Shown here piece by piece: positions 26,009 through 37,331 of a DNA stretch of 64,000 bases. Within the stretch, counting starts at the first letter, position 1. Every line of letters begins with the position of its first letter. The position numbers and the translations under genes were made by a program. The notes below the pieces were generated by a model. The model saw only the letters and a program-made list of their open reading frames with translations. It did not search any database and was not told the DNA's origin. This stretch comes from Paraphysomonas bandaiensis (Eukaryota; Protista; Chrysophyceae). The DNA lies in assembly GCA_965644295.1 (NCBI GenBank), contig CBFFRP010000064.1:124001-188000 (forward strand), written 5' to 3'.

Positions 26009-29000
26009 ATGCCATCTACACGTATAGACAAACGATTCACTGAATTTGATAATATGGTTAAGAAAACGGGTCATTTCCAAGTCAAGACAGTGTATCGTGG
26101 GCTACAGATATCACTCTTATCTCAAAATGAGAATGATTTAAGCCATTTTAAAAGATTTTCAATATTAAACTTTATCGGCTCGATATGCGTTCAATTAGAC
26201 CATGAGTTTCCTTTTGATGACATATGTCGGAACCTTGTAACATCATATGGATACAGGTTTACATTGAATGAATATTCACGTTCACTTCTATTGTCATGTG
26301 CTCATACTGGGGATGTATATGGAGTATGTGCTACATTATCAGGCAGTTGTATTGCAGCTGCTAAAGAGGAAGTTTATTCTAGTGTGGTAGATGTATTTGC
26401 AGATATTATTCCTAAGAACTTTGCATTGGAAGGTGTATACAGTGAATTCGAGAAATCTGGCATACTATTTTCATATGCTGAGTTGCTGCGTTTTGTAGAT
26501 GACTACCCTACAGCGCTCCAAGTCCATCAAGACGCCCTGGACATTCGTCGGCGCGTAGCTGACGTTGATGAACATGACGCAATTGTGCAGGCCGCACTGA
26601 TTGACTCGTACCGCTGCACCGGTGCAGTTCTGTGCCAATTGAACAGATTCAAGGAGGCTGAGGGACTATTAACTGAGGCCATGAATTTGTGTCAGTCTGG
26701 TAGTACGTCCTCTAAATCCTCGCGGCATCACACTCCGTCAGTTCAAACAGCTGAGTGTGCCCTGCAGTTGGCGGAGTTTTTCGCACATCAAGATTCTGAT
26801 CGTTATCTTCATGCCCTCGAGTGGTATGAAACTGCAATCAATGAGTTGGAAAATCTGTCTGCAGATATCTCAACTGATATGAAGGTGTCCAAGGTGCGGG
26901 TATCCTCTTTGGCAAAGTATGCTCGCTGTCGGAAGGGTATTGCTATGCAGAAGTGCGCTGTGAATATGCTTGAACGTGGCCGGTGCGTAGTAGAGAGTGC
27001 GTTGGGGGATATGACGGATAGTGGGATGGGGCTGCAAGGTACCCATCCTTGGGTACTTTCCGTGCAAAGGCACCGCGCTATGTACGAACCTGTGCAAAAT
27101 GCTGCCCGTATGGATTTAGATAGTACCATCACATCCGCGGGTGTGGCCACCGGCGTGAGTGGAGCAGGGGGCCTGAGGATTGCTGATGCGAGACGGTTAT
27201 TTCGTGACGGTCGTCTGGGGGAAGCGCTAGAAATGTTGTGTGAGTGCGAAGAAACCATCACTTCAGAGGCCGAAGAAATACCAGAACCAGGGGAAGCGTT
27301 GTGCGATCCAGGAATAGCCGACGTCCTCCATCTACGTGGAAATATATTGCTAGTACAGGGTGAAATTGCATCTGCTGCAGAATGTTTTGAGAAAAGCACC
27401 CATGTTAATACTACACTAAATCGAGTGGTACCATATGCGGTGGAAAATCTAGTTGGTATTGCAGCCTGTTTCCAGGCGGATTGCGACTTCAATACTGCGT
27501 TAAAGGTGTACAACAAAGCACTGACCATGCTGTTGAAGAGAAGTCGACACGGTGGAACCCGCATTCCTCCTGAGTTTCGACACACGGATGTTAGCAACGC
27601 TGAAAACGTGTCAGCTTATGCATCCGTACTACTCGCTATGTCATCCCTGCTCCTCACTATGGGCTTGGTTGTGGATGCAGAGAGACTGCAGAATGAAGTG
27701 GATAGACTACTAGATGGTATTTCTGAAGAGTACAAGTCTATGTTTGAAATAAAGCTTGCAGACGTGCAAATGAATAGAGCGAGGGTGCTTCTTGCGACTG
27801 GGAGACTTGCAGAGGCCTCTGTTACAAGTGCTGCCGTGCTTGCTGTGTATCGCGATTTGTTTAGCTCAGAATCGGTACGTGGACATGGAGGCCACTACAA
27901 GGTTGCCGATGCGCTCCTTTTGTATTGTGAAGTTGAGATCTCTTGTGGTCGCCATGAATCAGTAGGCCAGGTTGTGGTAGAAGCTTTAACTATATACAAA
28001 GCAGTATTTACATCGAAGGAGCACCCTTCCATTGTGAAAGCACTGTATTTAACGGGACAATTAGTTGCAGCGGCGGGTAGACACAGTCATACTGCAGGAC
28101 CGTATAAACAAGCTATCACATTGTGCAAGAAGATGAGTGAAACTGACACGCCTTTACTTGCGTGTGTGTACTACAGCTTAGCTGAGAGTCTACGCTCAAC
28201 TGGTGACTACAGTGCCGCCATCGAAAATTTCCAGCATGCACTTAAGATCCAGGAGGATACACTTGGAAAACAGCACTGGCAATACGTTGCCTCTGTTTGC
28301 GGCTTAGCGAGTGTGAAGCGTCTGCAGGGAAATTTTGAAGAAGCGACACAGCTTTGTGACAATGCTTGGAAGTTACGTAGCAACGTATCAGAGCAAATCG
28401 CAACACTACTAAAGTTCAAAGAGCTGCAACATATTGGACTGGGCACGAACCCGGGCGACGAGGATAATGGAGGTGAAAGACGGATGATACCAGTTGATGC
28501 GTTGTGTCTTTTGGAGCGTGCTGAGTGCCATCGCACACTCGCCGAGCATGACCAAGCTGCTGATCTTTACGACAAAGCGCTTGCCATTCGAAAACGTGTA
28601 TATAGCAACAAGCATCCTTCTGTTATCGAAGTTATTCAATGTCAAGCCGAGAACTTAAGAGACCTCAGTGGTGATGAGAAGAGCTCTTATCGACTTGCGA
28701 AGAAAGCGTACTTTCTATGTAAGAATACACTTGGAGAGAAGAGCCTTGAGATTGCATTGTCAATGCAGACACTTGGCGATATGAGTGCCATTCGCAAAGA
28801 TTTCGATGTCGCGAGAGACTATTTAGAAGGTTGCTTACCTATTATCGAGGAAAAATTGGGGAAAAAGTCTTTGCGGTATGCCTCAGCTCTGAATAGTCTC
28901 GGTCGGATGTATACTCTTCAGAATATATTGGATTCTGCGTCTGACGTACTGGAGGAAGCACTCCGACTTCGAGTCAGCTTACTTGGTGGAGATAATTTCA

Positions 29001-29701
29001 TTGAAGTGGGCGAGTCGTTAAACAACCTCGGAGAGTTACATCGCCTGCGGCATAATATAACAACTGCAGAGGCCCACCTTTTGCGCGCAAGGAACGTGTT
29101 CAGGAGCACCTTGGGCTCGTCGCACCCAAAAACGATCAATGCCGAGGGTAACTACGGGCTAGTTCAGCTTCAAGTGCATTCTGGTGGTGAGGAAAGAAAG
29201 AAAGCACTCGAAAACATCGAACAGTGCATAGAATCGCTGACGAGTAACCGCGGTGGGAAGACATCACTTCCGCGTGGTCACTATTGGGTTCGAAAGTTTG
29301 AGGCCGCTCTTTCCGAGAAAGCACCACTGTCGGGAGCCTCATCATCGCAGAACGTTTCAAACTCAATAACTCGTCCCCAGTTGGATGATGCATCAAGTAT
29401 ACCGTCCTGGAAGTTGTTGAAACTTAAATGTGACAACGAACAGCTGCGAGCAAAGAACGAGGAGATGACAAGGACGATATCGTCTCTACAGTCAAAGTTA
29501 AGACTCTTGGAGCTGCGTCTGCACAATATGGAACAGTTGAATGAGCAATCGACACACATGATAAGTGCTTTAAAAGGAGATTGCGCTGATCACTCTGAAG
29601 ACACAAGTTGTGAATCACTGCCTAAGCTGGGCTCTATCACATCAAGTTTAGGTTATGGGCGAAAGTTAGCTAAGGGTTACAAAAAATATGGCAGAAACTA
29701 A
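26009..29701 (+). CDS. TPR-repeat protein (kinesin light chain/nephrocystin-3-like 42-aa TPRs) with a C-terminal coiled coil
   Basis: 1230-aa uninterrupted ORF. Repeats such as GDYSAAIENFQHALKIQEDTLGKQH, AADLYDKALAIRKRVYSNKHP, VGESLNNLGELH and LGSSHPKT. The true start codon is uncertain. Confidence 0.88.
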   Translation: MPSTRIDKRFTEFDNMVKKTGHFQVKTVYRGLQISLLSQNENDLSHFKRFSILNFIGSICVQLDHEFPFDDICRNLVTSYGYRFTLNEYSRSLLLSCAHTGDVYGVCATLSGSCIAAAKEEVYSSVVDVFADIIPKNFALEGVYSEFEKSGILFSYAELLRFVDDYPTALQVHQDALDIRRRVADVDEHDAIVQAALIDSYRCTGAVLCQLNRFKEAEGLLTEAMNLCQSGSTSSKSSRHHTPSVQTAECALQLAEFFAHQDSDRYLHALEWYETAINELENLSADISTDMKVSKVRVSSLAKYARCRKGIAMQKCAVNMLERGRCVVESALGDMTDSGMGLQGTHPWVLSVQRHRAMYEPVQNAARMDLDSTITSAGVATGVSGAGGLRIADARRLFRDGRLGEALEMLCECEETITSEAEEIPEPGEALCDPGIADVLHLRGNILLVQGEIASAAECFEKSTHVNTTLNRVVPYAVENLVGIAACFQADCDFNTALKVYNKALTMLLKRSRHGGTRIPPEFRHTDVSNAENVSAYASVLLAMSSLLLTMGLVVDAERLQNEVDRLLDGISEEYKSMFEIKLADVQMNRARVLLATGRLAEASVTSAAVLAVYRDLFSSESVRGHGGHYKVADALLLYCEVEISCGRHESVGQVVVEALTIYKAVFTSKEHPSIVKALYLTGQLVAAAGRHSHTAGPYKQAITLCKKMSETDTPLLACVYYSLAESLRSTGDYSAAIENFQHALKIQEDTLGKQHWQYVASVCGLASVKRLQGNFEEATQLCDNAWKLRSNVSEQIATLLKFKELQHIGLGTNPGDEDNGGERRMIPVDALCLLERAECHRTLAEHDQAADLYDKALAIRKRVYSNKHPSVIEVIQCQAENLRDLSGDEKSSYRLAKKAYFLCKNTLGEKSLEIALSMQTLGDMSAIRKDFDVARDYLEGCLPIIEEKLGKKSLRYASALNSLGRMYTLQNILDSASDVLEEALRLRVSLLGGDNFIEVGESLNNLGELHRLRHNITTAEAHLLRARNVFRSTLGSSHPKTINAEGNYGLVQLQVHSGGEERKKALENIEQCIESLTSNRGGKTSLPRGHYWVRKFEAALSEKAPLSGASSSQNVSNSITRPQLDDASSIPSWKLLKLKCDNEQLRAKNEEMTRTISSLQSKLRLLELRLHNMEQLNEQSTHMISALKGDCADHSEDTSCESLPKLGSITSSLGYGRKLAKGYKKYGRN

Positions 29702-29939
29702 AGCCTCTCGCATACGAGGTGCCATTATATTAGTAATATATATTGAGTAAAATGTTTATTTCTGTGTGTATAGTTTATTTTACCAGTGATTCGTTTATGA
29801 TGCATTGTACTATTTGAGGTATTTAATTTGATTAACATAAACATTTTGTAATAATATGCATTGGTGATAAAGTAAATATAGTTTCGCATTTCGTCGACTT
29901 TCGTGCCTCACGATAGATTAGCCGTATGCATATAGTTAT

Positions 29940-30059
29940 ATTTAACCACGGGCAATAAGGAGGCTATATCGTCCCGCGCTCAAAATTTTGAAGCGAGGGC
30001 GAAAAGCCCGAGTTTTAAAATTTAGACAAGGGACGATACTCCTTATCCCTAGGTTAAAT
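29940..30059. mobile_element. About 120-bp imperfect palindrome (MITE-like or Crypton-like non-autonomous element)
   Basis: ATTTAACC..ATAAGGAG..TATCGTCCC..AAATTTT..GGGC, then a GAAAA loop, then GCCC..AAAATTT..GGGACGATA.CTCCTTAT..GGTTAAAT. Confidence 0.75.
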
Positions 30060-30479
30060 TGTAGCTTATCCTCATGACGTTGAAAAGTTAATATTAGATT
30101 GTATAGCTATTTGTAGCATGCTTGCTTTATTAAGAAATAGATGTTCCTTGATTAACATTAATAACACAAATGAATGATATGTATACTGTAAGTATGATGA
30201 TAAATGTAAACAGTTGACGATGAAAGAGATGCTTTTTATTGCCTTAATTAGCATCATCATCACATTTATATACAGCAGGCTTTACCTCTGCAAGTGCAAC
30301 TGATCGAAAGATGTGTGTATGATACGAAACACACAATATCCTGAGAAGCATGATATGGCTTCAACCCTGAAAGAACTGGGTGCCACTGCTCCTAACCACC
30401 TATATAGCATCAGATATGGTACTTAAACTCTCCTGTAATATTCTTGAAGTTGTTTCGAAGTCCTGGATATGAAGACAGA

Positions 30480-31035
30480 TCACTTGCACTGACCTCATTA
30501 TGATCTTCTACAGCAGTCGAAGGATGGAATATAACTTGGAGTTAGATGATCTGCTCTTGATATTTGGCTCATGATTGTGGTTTCTCTATAATTGTGTACT
30601 ATAATGAAATCACGTACATTCGACTGTCATTATCATAATGAAGATAGAAGTGAGCTTCTGTTCAACCGAATATTGAAGTTGAAGAATGTCTATATTTGCC
30701 CGGTGGTGATATGAGCGCCCTGTTGAGCCCAAATCAGGTCAAAAAAAGCATTTTTCGGGACAAAATGGGGAACAAAATGGCAACGAGAATGAAATATGAT
30801 ATTATCCCCATTTTGACATGGATCGGGCACTCATAAGGCTCAACAGAACGCTCATATTCAACTTTAATATTCGGTGAACGGAAACTCTCTCCCATTTTAT
30901 TGTGATATTGATAGTCATTTCAGTGTGCTTTCATTATATTACACAATTATTTTGGGAAACCACAATGGTGACCAGATCATGAAACCCTCCAAAATTCTAT
31001 TCAATCCTTCGTCTGATGTGAAATGTCAGTTGTGA
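30480..31035. mobile_element. About 555-bp foldback element with about 250-bp diverged inverted arms
   Basis: The left arm CGAAGGATGGAATA..ATTGTGGTTTC..ATAATTGTGTA.TATAATGAAA..CCGAATATT.AAGTTGAA..TATGAGCG..CTGTTGAGCC..CAAAATGGGGA is mirrored in order by 30805-31035. Confidence 0.85.
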
Positions 31036-31164
31036 ATTATTTCTTATTATTAGCAAGAGTAGTAAGATCATAATGATGTCAGTGCAATTGATATATCTTC
31101 ACAACCTAGAATTTGAAACAACTTCATGAATATTGCAGGAAAGTTTAAGTGCCATATATCGGAT

Positions 31165-31685
31165 GCTGTATATATAGGTGGTTTGGTCCTCAACAAATTC
31201 GGACTCGCACCATTTTGTGGTGTTAGTAGTGAATGTCCAATTATTAACAATAGGCGTGTAAGAGTCAGAACTAATGTAGCGAATCAATTCAAGTAACTAT
31301 AATGCATAACTCTGACATCCTACTCTTTCGCCCTACAAAAACTGCTTGTGCGTCACTGCAGCACCAAGGTGCAACCACATTTACTCTCTGTCTTTAATGT
31401 TATTTAACCCGGATTCCCTTGTGTAGACATCTCCAGGGTAGTGGGCTGCCTGCTGAAGTCAAGCAGATATCATATCAATGTTCTGCTTGCTCACAGCGTT
31501 TTTGCTTTGAGCGAGAGAGCGATGAATGTGGTTGCACCTTGGTGCTTGTGGTGACGCACAAGCAGCTTTCGTAGTGCAAAATAGTAAGATATTAGAGATA
31601 GTTAGATAAATAGTTTTGCTACATTAGTTCTGACTCTAAAACGCCTATTGCTAATAATAGTAAGAAACTCACCACTCACTACAAA
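31165..31685. mobile_element. Repeat family A copy with both about 170-bp inverted arms (foldback 31225-31680) plus an adjacent internal fragment
   Basis: CAATAGGCGT..AGAGTCAGAACTAATGTAGC..CTGCTTGTGCGTCAC..GCACCAAGGTGCAACCACATT is mirrored at 31525-31660. TCGGACTCGCACC lies at 31199. Confidence 0.88.
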
Positions 31686-31939
31686 TTAATTGTTACTACG
31701 CAATCCTGCATTGTACGTAGCAGTTTAATGTATTGGCAATAACTGACACTGAAACGGCATATTTATAGAGGGTACTCTAAATGTTATTAGAAGTACGATG
31801 TGAATTGGCGACAGTGTTTATTATCAAGCAATTGTACTAGTCCCCAACGTCTTATAAACAGGATTCCCTTATTCAGCGGAGCTGTTGTCTGCGTAGTTAA
31901 TATTCACTAACAATTTATAGGAAATGTATCACACATTTA

Positions 31940-34024
31940 CTATATGCTTCGTAACTGTACTAAATTCTGCGATTCTACAGCAAGCAAGAGAAAATCTACA
32001 AACGTTTCGTGACCACGGCTGGTTTCCCGCAACTGCAAAAGAACAAATTAGTTTCGGTAGTGAAGAAGTTCTATACACACGGGATATATGTGTAGCCATC
32101 TGGAATTAATTACAAGTACCTGATGCTGCACACTCATCATGCCTTCAGAGTTTATACGAATATAACTCTCCCTTGATATCGATAGTGCCTGGAATAATAT
32201 ATTACAGCTCAACATGCGTGTAAAATATATTCAAGACCTTCATACTAAGTTGGAGTGCAGGGCTGAAGTACGACCAACAACAATCAACACTGCTTTGGAA
32301 CAGCACAAAAGCGTCGGAGCTCCTGCATGCAATCCATATTAACAACAGCAAGTATGTTGCCGTCTATACATGAGTGTATTCAAAATGACATATACGTGTC
32401 AGTACAAACTATATGCACATCTACTTACTTTGGGAACTCTAACTCAAACGCATCTTTGGATCCTTGCACGCACACCTAAGTGCATATAACGCCATTGAAC
32501 AATACCAAGAAAAATATTAACAATAATTCTGCCACACCTTAAAAACGGGGGGTTCAGTGGAAGCAGATATCGTAACATCACCTCCACCTAGTACCTCGAA
32601 AAGCTCTACTCATCCATATATCAATATCACATACTCCGAAAGATTCGACATCTACCATGTATCGCTTCTCGAAGTGGGTCTGCTCTAAATATTAGTCTAC
32701 AGCTTTCTTCGTACTCTCGAAATACAGAGAACATCGTAACCTATGCATATAACTAGATTAAGCAATGAAATGGTCTAATACACGGGTACTCTCACGTGAG
32801 TATCTCCGAGTCCTTGAGTATGAATATGACTATCTTCTGCTGTGAGACAGGTGATATCACACGTCGTCAGTACTCCAGACTCCTCCAACGATATTTTAAA
32901 CAACTCTTCCTCCTTCTACATTAAGTAAAGCATGCTATTAGCAAATATTGATATACGTCGAATAACAATAATGTTGGTTCATCGATGAATACAGAGACTA
33001 ATTCGCACAAATATAGTGGGGAGGGTACAAGGGAAACGAGATTTTATGAGAGCCACGTACTGAGTATGTCATAGTAGCTGCAGTTGTATCGGAAGTTGGT
33101 CCAAAAAGTTGAAGACAATCTAGAAGCATAGTAAGGTTTACAGCAAACCTAATCGGGTCCTGGTCCAAGTCATCATCGTTATTTCGAGCAGGTAGCGATT
33201 GCGCATCTTCGAAAACATAGTCTTCAAACATTGACGCCTGTAAAATAGCTCTCGCCTACACACAGGCTTTAGCTAGAGAGGAGCAATAGCGTATGAAAGT
33301 AATAGAAAGATCAGCTCTAAGCAAACAGGGACACAGATAATCGTTTAAAACAAGCACCTGATATGACTTTCCCTTTCCGGTGACCAGGAATATTAAAGCT
33401 ATATAGTGTGTCACTAGCAAATACGGTTGACAATACTGTGAGCATCTACACACCTTCAGAAGATGCTTCCACCTGACACACATGATCCTTCCTATCACTT
33501 GCACATAAACATGTTAATATATCCGTTACAGTCTATAAGTTATAATGGTGATGTTAAGTTTGTCTAACGGTATATATGAACCTTTGAGTTCTCTACTCGA
33601 CAAGAGAAGAAACTGTCAGCAGGGGAACTCTGTGGATGGTAGTAAAATATATTAGAAGATATATGCATGTATGAGTAGAGTATATGTATGGGTGCATATG
33701 AGTGAGTGGGAACATACATACATGAGTAGAGTACACACATATGAGTATAGTAGAGTATAGTAGAGTATGTATGTATGTATGTATACAGTGGTGTGTACAT
33801 CCCTGTATGGAACTTATACATGAGTATGTATGAGTATAGTAGAGCATAGGGTGGTATGTATATATGAGTAGAGTGTGTATGAGGGAGTGGGAACATACAT
33901 ACATGAGTCCAGTACATACATATGAGTATAGTATGGTATAGCACAGCATAGAGTGCTATACATACATGAGTAGAGCATGTATGAGTATGTATGTATGTAT
34001 ATGATGCTATAAGCTTACCTCCAT
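31940..34024 (-). CDS. RAD1: Checkpoint clamp 9-1-1 subunit Rad1 (Rad1/Rec1/Rad17 family), about 11 exons
   Basis: Manual splicing gives FFSCRVENSKTVTDILTCL..KSYQARAILQASMFEDY..FAVNLTMLLDCLQLFG..LEESGVLTTCDI..PLREAIHEL..FPKSSDAF..KALSISRESYIRINSEGMMSVQHQ..ETFVDFLL. This is colinear with human RAD1 as recalled (FRINLTVLLDCLSIFG, LEEGGVVTVCKI). The first exon (ATG GAG) is inferred. Confidence 0.9.
33650..34005. repeat. Degenerate GTATGAGTA(GA) satellite filling RAD1 intron 1
   Basis: gagtgggaacatacatacatgagt is duplicated at about 33704 and 33885 within a low-complexity tract. Confidence 0.8.
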
Positions 34025-34551
34025 ACAAAGAACAACTCAGAGTAATAGATATCTACCCTATCAACAGATGACACACCATGAAGTAGCTGATCTCTTCCCT
34101 GATGGCAACTATGGCGATGATAATATCGATAGGAATTACAGTCAATTGAAATGAATGTAATTTTGAAATATTCCACACTTTTGTCGACATTATTACCACT
34201 ATTTTATGTATGTAATATTACATGAAATTTTACATATTGTATTTTTTTTACTTGATTTCACCACATTCCTAAATTTTGTCCATTTTTTACATACCAAAAG
34301 AAATGAAGTCAGTCTTTTCCAATAAAGTGAAAATCTTATCCAATCATAGTGCTTGAAATCACTATTCTCGAATCTGAGACGCTTTCTTTAGGAAAGAAGA
34401 TTACATTCCAGCAACTTCTACTTTCTGCCTTGAGTGTAAGTGAATTGACTGCTATATACCACTATCCTCGTGTACGATTAACAGCATCATGTGTATGTAT
34501 ATGTATGTATAGTCCTTAAGAAACAACATATTACATATTCATAATCATATC

Positions 34552-35472
34552 ATGGAATTCAGTAGAGAGGAGGCACTTCAAACAGTTTGTTCAATGTTCG
34601 AGTCATGGGATCGTGAAACAGTGGCAGCAATACTGGATATTAGTGGATATAATGTGGAAGTAGCCATAGACACGATAATTTCTATGAATCAGCCTCAGAA
34701 ACAAGGATCTTCCTCATGTGATGATCAGATTGACTCGATTGGTGTCTCTGAATCCATTGGAAGGAAGAGAATGTGTACGTATAGTCTTCCACATGATTTC
34801 TTGCAGGTATACATGTGTGTTTGTCTGCTATGTGTGTCGTATATATGTCTGATACGTATATATCTTATTCATATGTGTCCTTTAGGTATGTCCTTCGTAT
34901 AAGTCTCATACATATATGTCTTAATAACAATGAGAATGTGTTCAATGCTTGTGTACAGGCTCCTGCACGTGATTTGAACAGACATAAACGGAAGGACGAT
35001 AAACAGGTAGGAATCAAATAGGTCTTTGACATTAGTTATTTCTAATATAAGTATTATATTTCTCACTCTGTATACTACCTTGTGTTTATCGTAGAATGAT
35101 TTGATATATCTGGGTGAAGATCAAGCTTTAGACCCTATGTCAGGTGAATATAATTTCTGGGAATCGACGACAGATCAGCGAGTGGAACAAAATGAAAGAA
35201 TTCCCGATATGGGAATTCTCAAAACTATTAATGATTTAGGCGAAGGCATGCGTTCACAGATTCAGCTACTGACCTTGAAGCTGAATAGTAGCATTGGTCA
35301 CACGGGGACACAGGAAGAGCAAGTGAACCTCAACACTTTTCCAATGACCGTACATGGCTATGAGGAAGAAGAGGAGGAAGAAGAGATTCCGCTTATGTCT
35401 TCCATGACAGCGTTCTCTGCATCCAATATTTCTTATGGCCAACCTGTAGGAGTCGGAAAGAAGAATAAGTAA
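34552..35472 (+). CDS. CUE domain (ubiquitin-binding) protein, about 3 exons
   Basis: ALQTVCSMFESWDRETVAAILDISGYNVEVAIDTIISM fits the CUE consensus. LPHDFLQ|AP spans the intron at 34807-34959, and a second intron lies at about 35007-35095. Confidence 0.8.
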
Positions 35473-36298
35473 ATCTTTCTCGGTAAAGTCTACTCGATTC
35501 AATCAAAATTAGTTAATAGTTCTTATGTGATACGTATTATATGACTTGTTGATCACTGTTGTAGCTGATAACTTATAACTGAAGCATTATCAACGATTCA
35601 AGAAAAGCTTTATTTAATATCTTTGCTTTCTTACTTATTTTATTCGAATATTATGATGCTCAGCGTTAGAGCATTTACGATAAATCATGACAATATCTAT
35701 ATTCTTTGTGTGTGGAAGCTATTTGCTCGTAACAAATCAGTGGGACGAATTCACAGGTCCTCCGCAAGACCGCAGGTATCAAATAGCTAATAGGTACCTA
35801 CCTACTACCTAGTAGATACCCACCTACAGGCATGCCACATGACCCTACCTATAGATAGGTACTTAACTGTCACCACCTAGGTACTAGCTACCTCCCTATA
35901 GGTGATAAAAGTTAGGTATCTACCTAGAGGTACATAGGTACTCAGCGCGAGTCTCACCGATGCAGTACTTAGCAGGCAGCTGGGATGTACTGCATCACAT
36001 TTAATGTTGGTGATATTCATAGCACGTAGTAGTAGAACTAGCTTTACATAAACACTACCACAGTTGAATAAAAACTATGTGGTTGATAAGTGACATCGCA
36101 CAGAGAAACCGTGCTAAACACGAAGCAAAACCTAAATTGCCGGCTCAGCCAAATAGCTAAGTCTACATCATGCAGAGTGAATGTTTCACCTTTCACATCG
36201 ATGTGTATGTCCTGCGGCTACCACAACAAAAGTAATAGTAGAGTAAAAGAAATGGCTGGATTTATGCATTAGACAACATGAGAATAGCGCCCTATAGT

Positions 36299-36894
36299 TT
36301 ATTCCTCAGGGATAGTGATGGAGCCGTCATCAATCTCCGATTGAATATCAAAAGGGGATTTGCCATTTACACTGCAGCCGATAGAAAAGCATGATCCAAG
36401 AATCTCCTTTACGGTACCAGAGAGCTTTCTGGCCATGGACTTCTGACGCATAATACGGGCAATGCCAATTACTTGGTCGAGAGTAAGGTTGCCGTTGTGA
36501 ACGACGTTCTTCACCTTCTTTCTGTCACGAGGAGGCTCCTTAAGCTCTTTCATGATGAGGGCAGATGCAGTGGGGATGATGGTGGGGGTAGCCTGTTAAG
36601 AAATGTTACATCTTTAAAAGAGAACCACATAAATAATTACCACACGGTTAACAACACTGAGTTTAACGGTGACTTTAATACCCTTCCAGTCCATAGTTGC
36701 CTTCTGAATATCCTCACCAACCTTCTTGGGGGACTTAATAGAATATATCAGGATATATATCACTATATTATAGTATAACTTACAAGGCCGAGAGGACCCA
36801 GTTTAGGGGCCAAGGAAGAGGCAGAGCCTACCTCTCCTCCAATGGCCTTCAAAACAACAACTTTCTCTTCTCCAGGTGGTGGTGGTGGTCCCAT
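36299..36894 (-). CDS. RPL12: 60S ribosomal protein L12 (uL11), 3 coding exons
   Basis: [19 protein letters not shown]|[65 protein letters not shown]. Start context GCACC ATG G. Confidence 0.97.
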
Positions 36895-37098
36895 GGTGCT
36901 AAACTATCTGATTTCCAGCCAGATATAGAATACTACTAATTAAACCTCCAGTATTGTTAGTCACAAGAGACTGTCTACATCCCATTCATACTAACCAAAC
37001 ACTCGCACTGCATTTACGTATCTTCACCAGTTTTTCAGTTCGTATTTTCAATGCAGGAGCAGCATATCATGGAATGGTGTAAGAACCACCTGTTCGTG

Positions 37099-37106
37099 TA
37101 CATACA

Positions 37107-37140
<34 letters not shown>

Positions 37141-37331
37141 CATATACATACATACATACATACATACATACATACATACATACATACATACATACATACA
37201 TACATACATACATACATACATACATACATACATACATACATACATACATACATACATACATACATACATACATACATACATACATACATACATACATACA
37301 TACATACATACATACATACATACATACATAC
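37099..37331. repeat. (CATA)n microsatellite, about 230 bp
   Basis: Directly visible tandem array. Confidence 0.97.

Noticed and set aside
26809-27597. 262-aa antisense ORF inside the TPR gene (and similar shadow ORFs in other genes)
   Set aside because: Antisense shadow of a coding strand with no recognisable motifs.
35739-35960. CTACCT/AGGTAG-rich tract with weak possible TIRs (CAGTGGGAC / GTCTCACCG)
   Set aside because: The terminal match is too short and mismatched and there is no TSD; treated as low-complexity sequence.
5695-36894. Non-canonical introns, introners or an alternative genetic code
   Set aside because: Every junction traced in TRM1, SDH2, RAD1, RPL12 and the subtilase fits GT-AG under the standard code. 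TAA, TAG and TGA all serve as stops, and the introns share no evident homology.
36900-37095. Possible snoRNA in the RPL12 5' UTR intron or leader
   Set aside because: No properly spaced C/D or H/ACA boxes and no terminal stem.
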